DNA of 64,000 nt. Source: the human T2T-CHM13v2.0 reference genome, Homo sapiens. The position numbers were made by a program, and so were the translations under genes. The DNA lies in NCBI RefSeq assembly GCF_009914755.1, contig NC_060947.1, one strand, 5' to 3'. Shown here one piece after another: positions 61,480 through 64,000 of the stretch. A model generated the notes under the pieces. The model had not been told where the DNA came from. It did no database searches and saw only the letters and a program-made list of their open reading frames with translations. Within the stretch, counting starts at the first letter, position 1. Every line of letters starts with the position of its first letter.

Positions 61480-62104
61480 GGTACCATATTCTAAAAGTAT
61501 GAATTCATTTCACAAAATCACACTCTAATCATATTAAATGGCTTCCAAATTTAAATGAACGATCTTTGCTTCTTAGAAAAGAATTGTATTATGAGTCTTG
61601 GTTAGTTAAGATACAAAAGTACACACTTTCTTATAGTACAAATAGCCTTGGTGTAAAGCCTAACAAAAATTGCCCTCTGGGCTAAAGAATTTTCTCACAT
61701 TTCTGCCTCGCAATGGCATCAAAATCATATGAGAGTCTTTTTCTGGCCAAGATTGTAAAGTCAATTTAAAAGATTTTGTTACGGTATCATTTTCCCAAAG
61801 GGAGTAGTCCTTCTGAAGGTATTACTCCAGATTTCAAAACTGCTAATTGGTGTGGTGCTGTTGGCTAAACCTACCATCAATTATGAAATAAAAATCATAT
61901 TTGATGAGTTTTTTTAATTCATTCAAAGTGCTTTGAACTTGCTCTAACAGATAGCCACAGTGACAGATAATGTGGATTGGTTACTCAAAAGCTCTTTATC
62001 ACTCCCTCTGCCTTGAATTTCCCTACTGAAGAGACTAGACAGCTAACTTAGTCACTAATTCAGCTTCTCTGGAAGCCACAGTAGCCTGATTAAAGTAGTG
62101 CTTT

Positions 62105-63258
62105 GTTTTCTAATTTCCCGCTTTATTGAAGCATGACTGACAAATAAAAATTGTATATACTTAAGATATACAATGTGATGAATTGATATACACGTAAAAT
62201 GTGAATTAATTACACAATCAAGCTAAAAACATTTGAAACGCCTCACATACATACTTATTTTGGGCATGAGAACACTTAAGATTACTCTCAGCAAATTGTA
62301 AGTACAAAATTCATTATTATCAACTATTGTTACCATTGTGTACATTAGATCTCCAGAATTTATTGATCTTATAACTTAAAGTTTGTACCCTTCACCAACA
62401 TCTCCCCATTTCCCTCACTCATCCAACCCCTAGTAACCACCATTCTACTCTTCTGATTTTATATTCCATATATAAGTGAGATTATACAGTATTTGTTGAC
62501 CTGTGTTTGCCTTATTTCATTTAGCTTAATGTTCTCCAGTTTCACCCATTTTTACACAAATTACAAGATTTCATTTTTTTTAAGGATAAAGAATGAATTG
62601 ACAGAAGTAGGCTTCAGTAGCTGGGTAATAATAAACTTCATTGAGCTAAATAATTAGATACAAACACACATACATATTGTATTTATACATACATATGTAT
62701 ACAAAATTTTATTTATTCATTCATCTATTAATGAGCACTTAAGTTTATTCCATATTTTGGCTATTATGAATAGTGCTGCAGTACATCAGAGTGCAGATGT
62801 CTCTCCAACATAGCATTTTCATTTCCTTTGGATATATATCTATAATTGGGATTGCTGGATCACATCATAATTTTATTTTTAATTTTTGAGGAACGTCTAT
62901 ATGATTTTTCATAATGGCTGTACCGATTTGCATTCCCACCAACAGTGCACAATGGTTCCTATTTCTCAACACCCTCACCAATATTTGTGATTTTTTGTCA
63001 TTTTGATGATAGCCATTCTCAAAGGTGTGAGATGATACGTCATTGTGCATTTGATTTGAATTTCCTAATGATTAGTCATGTGGAGCACCTTTTTATAAAC
63101 CTGTTGGCCATTTGTATATCTTCTTTATGAAAAAACCATTGTGTTCATTTGCCCATATTTTAATTAAATTATTTATTTTTTTGCTATTGAGAGGTATGAG
63201 TCCCTTACATATTTTGGATATTAACCTTTTTTGGATGTGTGGTTTGCAAATATTTTTA
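62105..63258 (-). mobile_element. L1MA8/9-like 3' end
   Basis: CTTTATTGA..GACAAATAAAAATTGTATA..TACATTAGATCTCCAGAA..TTTGCATTCCCACCAACAGTG..TTTGCAAATATTT. Confidence 0.88.
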
Positions 63259-63261
63259 AAA

Positions 63262-63765
63262 GCCACACAGAACTAAAATATGTATTAGAATTAGTAGACA
63301 AGCATATCAAAAAACTGTTTTAACTTTATTTCACATATTTTAAAGGTTAAGTACAGAAATGCAAGATATAAAGACACCATAAATAAAACTTCTAGAGCTG
63401 AAAACTACAATGTGTGAGATGTATACAATAAAAAATACACTGGATTGGCAGAATAAAATGTCAGTAAACTTAAGAACAAACAATAAAAACTATTCAAAAT
63501 AGAAAACAGGAGAAAATGGAATTTTAAAAATGAAAAGAACATAAGTGAGCTGTAAGAACATTTGTATGTGGCCAAAATGACATGAAATTGGAGTCCCTGA
63601 AACGTCATGGAGAGGAATCAGACTACATTTAATTATATACTTTAATAGTGAAATTTTCCCAATTTAAGATTATATAGTCATAAATATAAAAAAGATTATA
63701 TACTCATAAATATAAAAAATTCAAGAAACTCCAAGTACAAGAAACATTTAAAAATTCACCAAAAA
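63262..63765 (+). mobile_element. Old L1M ORF1 fragment
   Basis: GAATTAGTAGACAAG..AAACTTCTAGAGCTGAAAACTACAATG..AATTGGAGTCCCTGAA..AAAATTTTCCCAA. Confidence 0.7.
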
Positions 63766-63788
63766 AATTCTGGGGAAAAGCATGGAAT

Positions 63789-64000
63789 AGAGAGCAGCCA
63801 GGATGGATTAATAGAAGCAGCTGCACTCTGTGGCTCCCACTGAGAAGGATGAAAACTGCGAGTGAACTCTGCATCTTCAATTGAGGTACCAAAGTTCTCT
63901 TACTGGGACTGACTAGGTGGTTGGCACGAACCACTAACAGCGAGCAAAAATGGGATGGAGGAAGGGCCCACCGGGGACGTGCATGGGGCAAAGGAAACTT
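63789..64000 (+). mobile_element. 5' UTR start of an older L1PA (about L1PA10-14), continuing beyond the window
   Basis: GCAGCCAGGATGG..AGAAGCAGCTGC..GGCTCCCAC..CTGCATCTTCAATTGAGGTAC..CTGGGACTGACTAGG. Confidence 0.75.

Overview
AT-rich primate (human/great-ape-like) genomic DNA, most likely intergenic or deep intronic, and dominated by transposable-element remnants. I found no convincing host protein-coding gene, RNA gene or CRISPR array; nearly every ORF in the track is an Alu, L1, LTR, Tigger or microsatellite artefact. The window holds 9 Alus, many L1 pieces of different ages, DNA transposons (near full-length Tigger1, Tigger3b, Tigger2a, MER5, MER20B) and many LTR elements (MST, THE1, MLT1/2, LTR47, MER66 LTR plus internal region, MER52). 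I see no evidence for a new biological system. The most unusual structures are: a young L1 with an intact 5' UTR and ORF0 but a missing 3' end; a tail-less, TSD-less internal L1 RT fragment inside an LTR; a three-LTR chimeric THE1 element; two twin-primed inverted L1s; several templated or snap-back micro-insertion scars; and one candidate 75-nt exon in TE-free sequence. Subfamily names come from my recall of consensus sequences and need RepeatMasker/Dfam confirmation.
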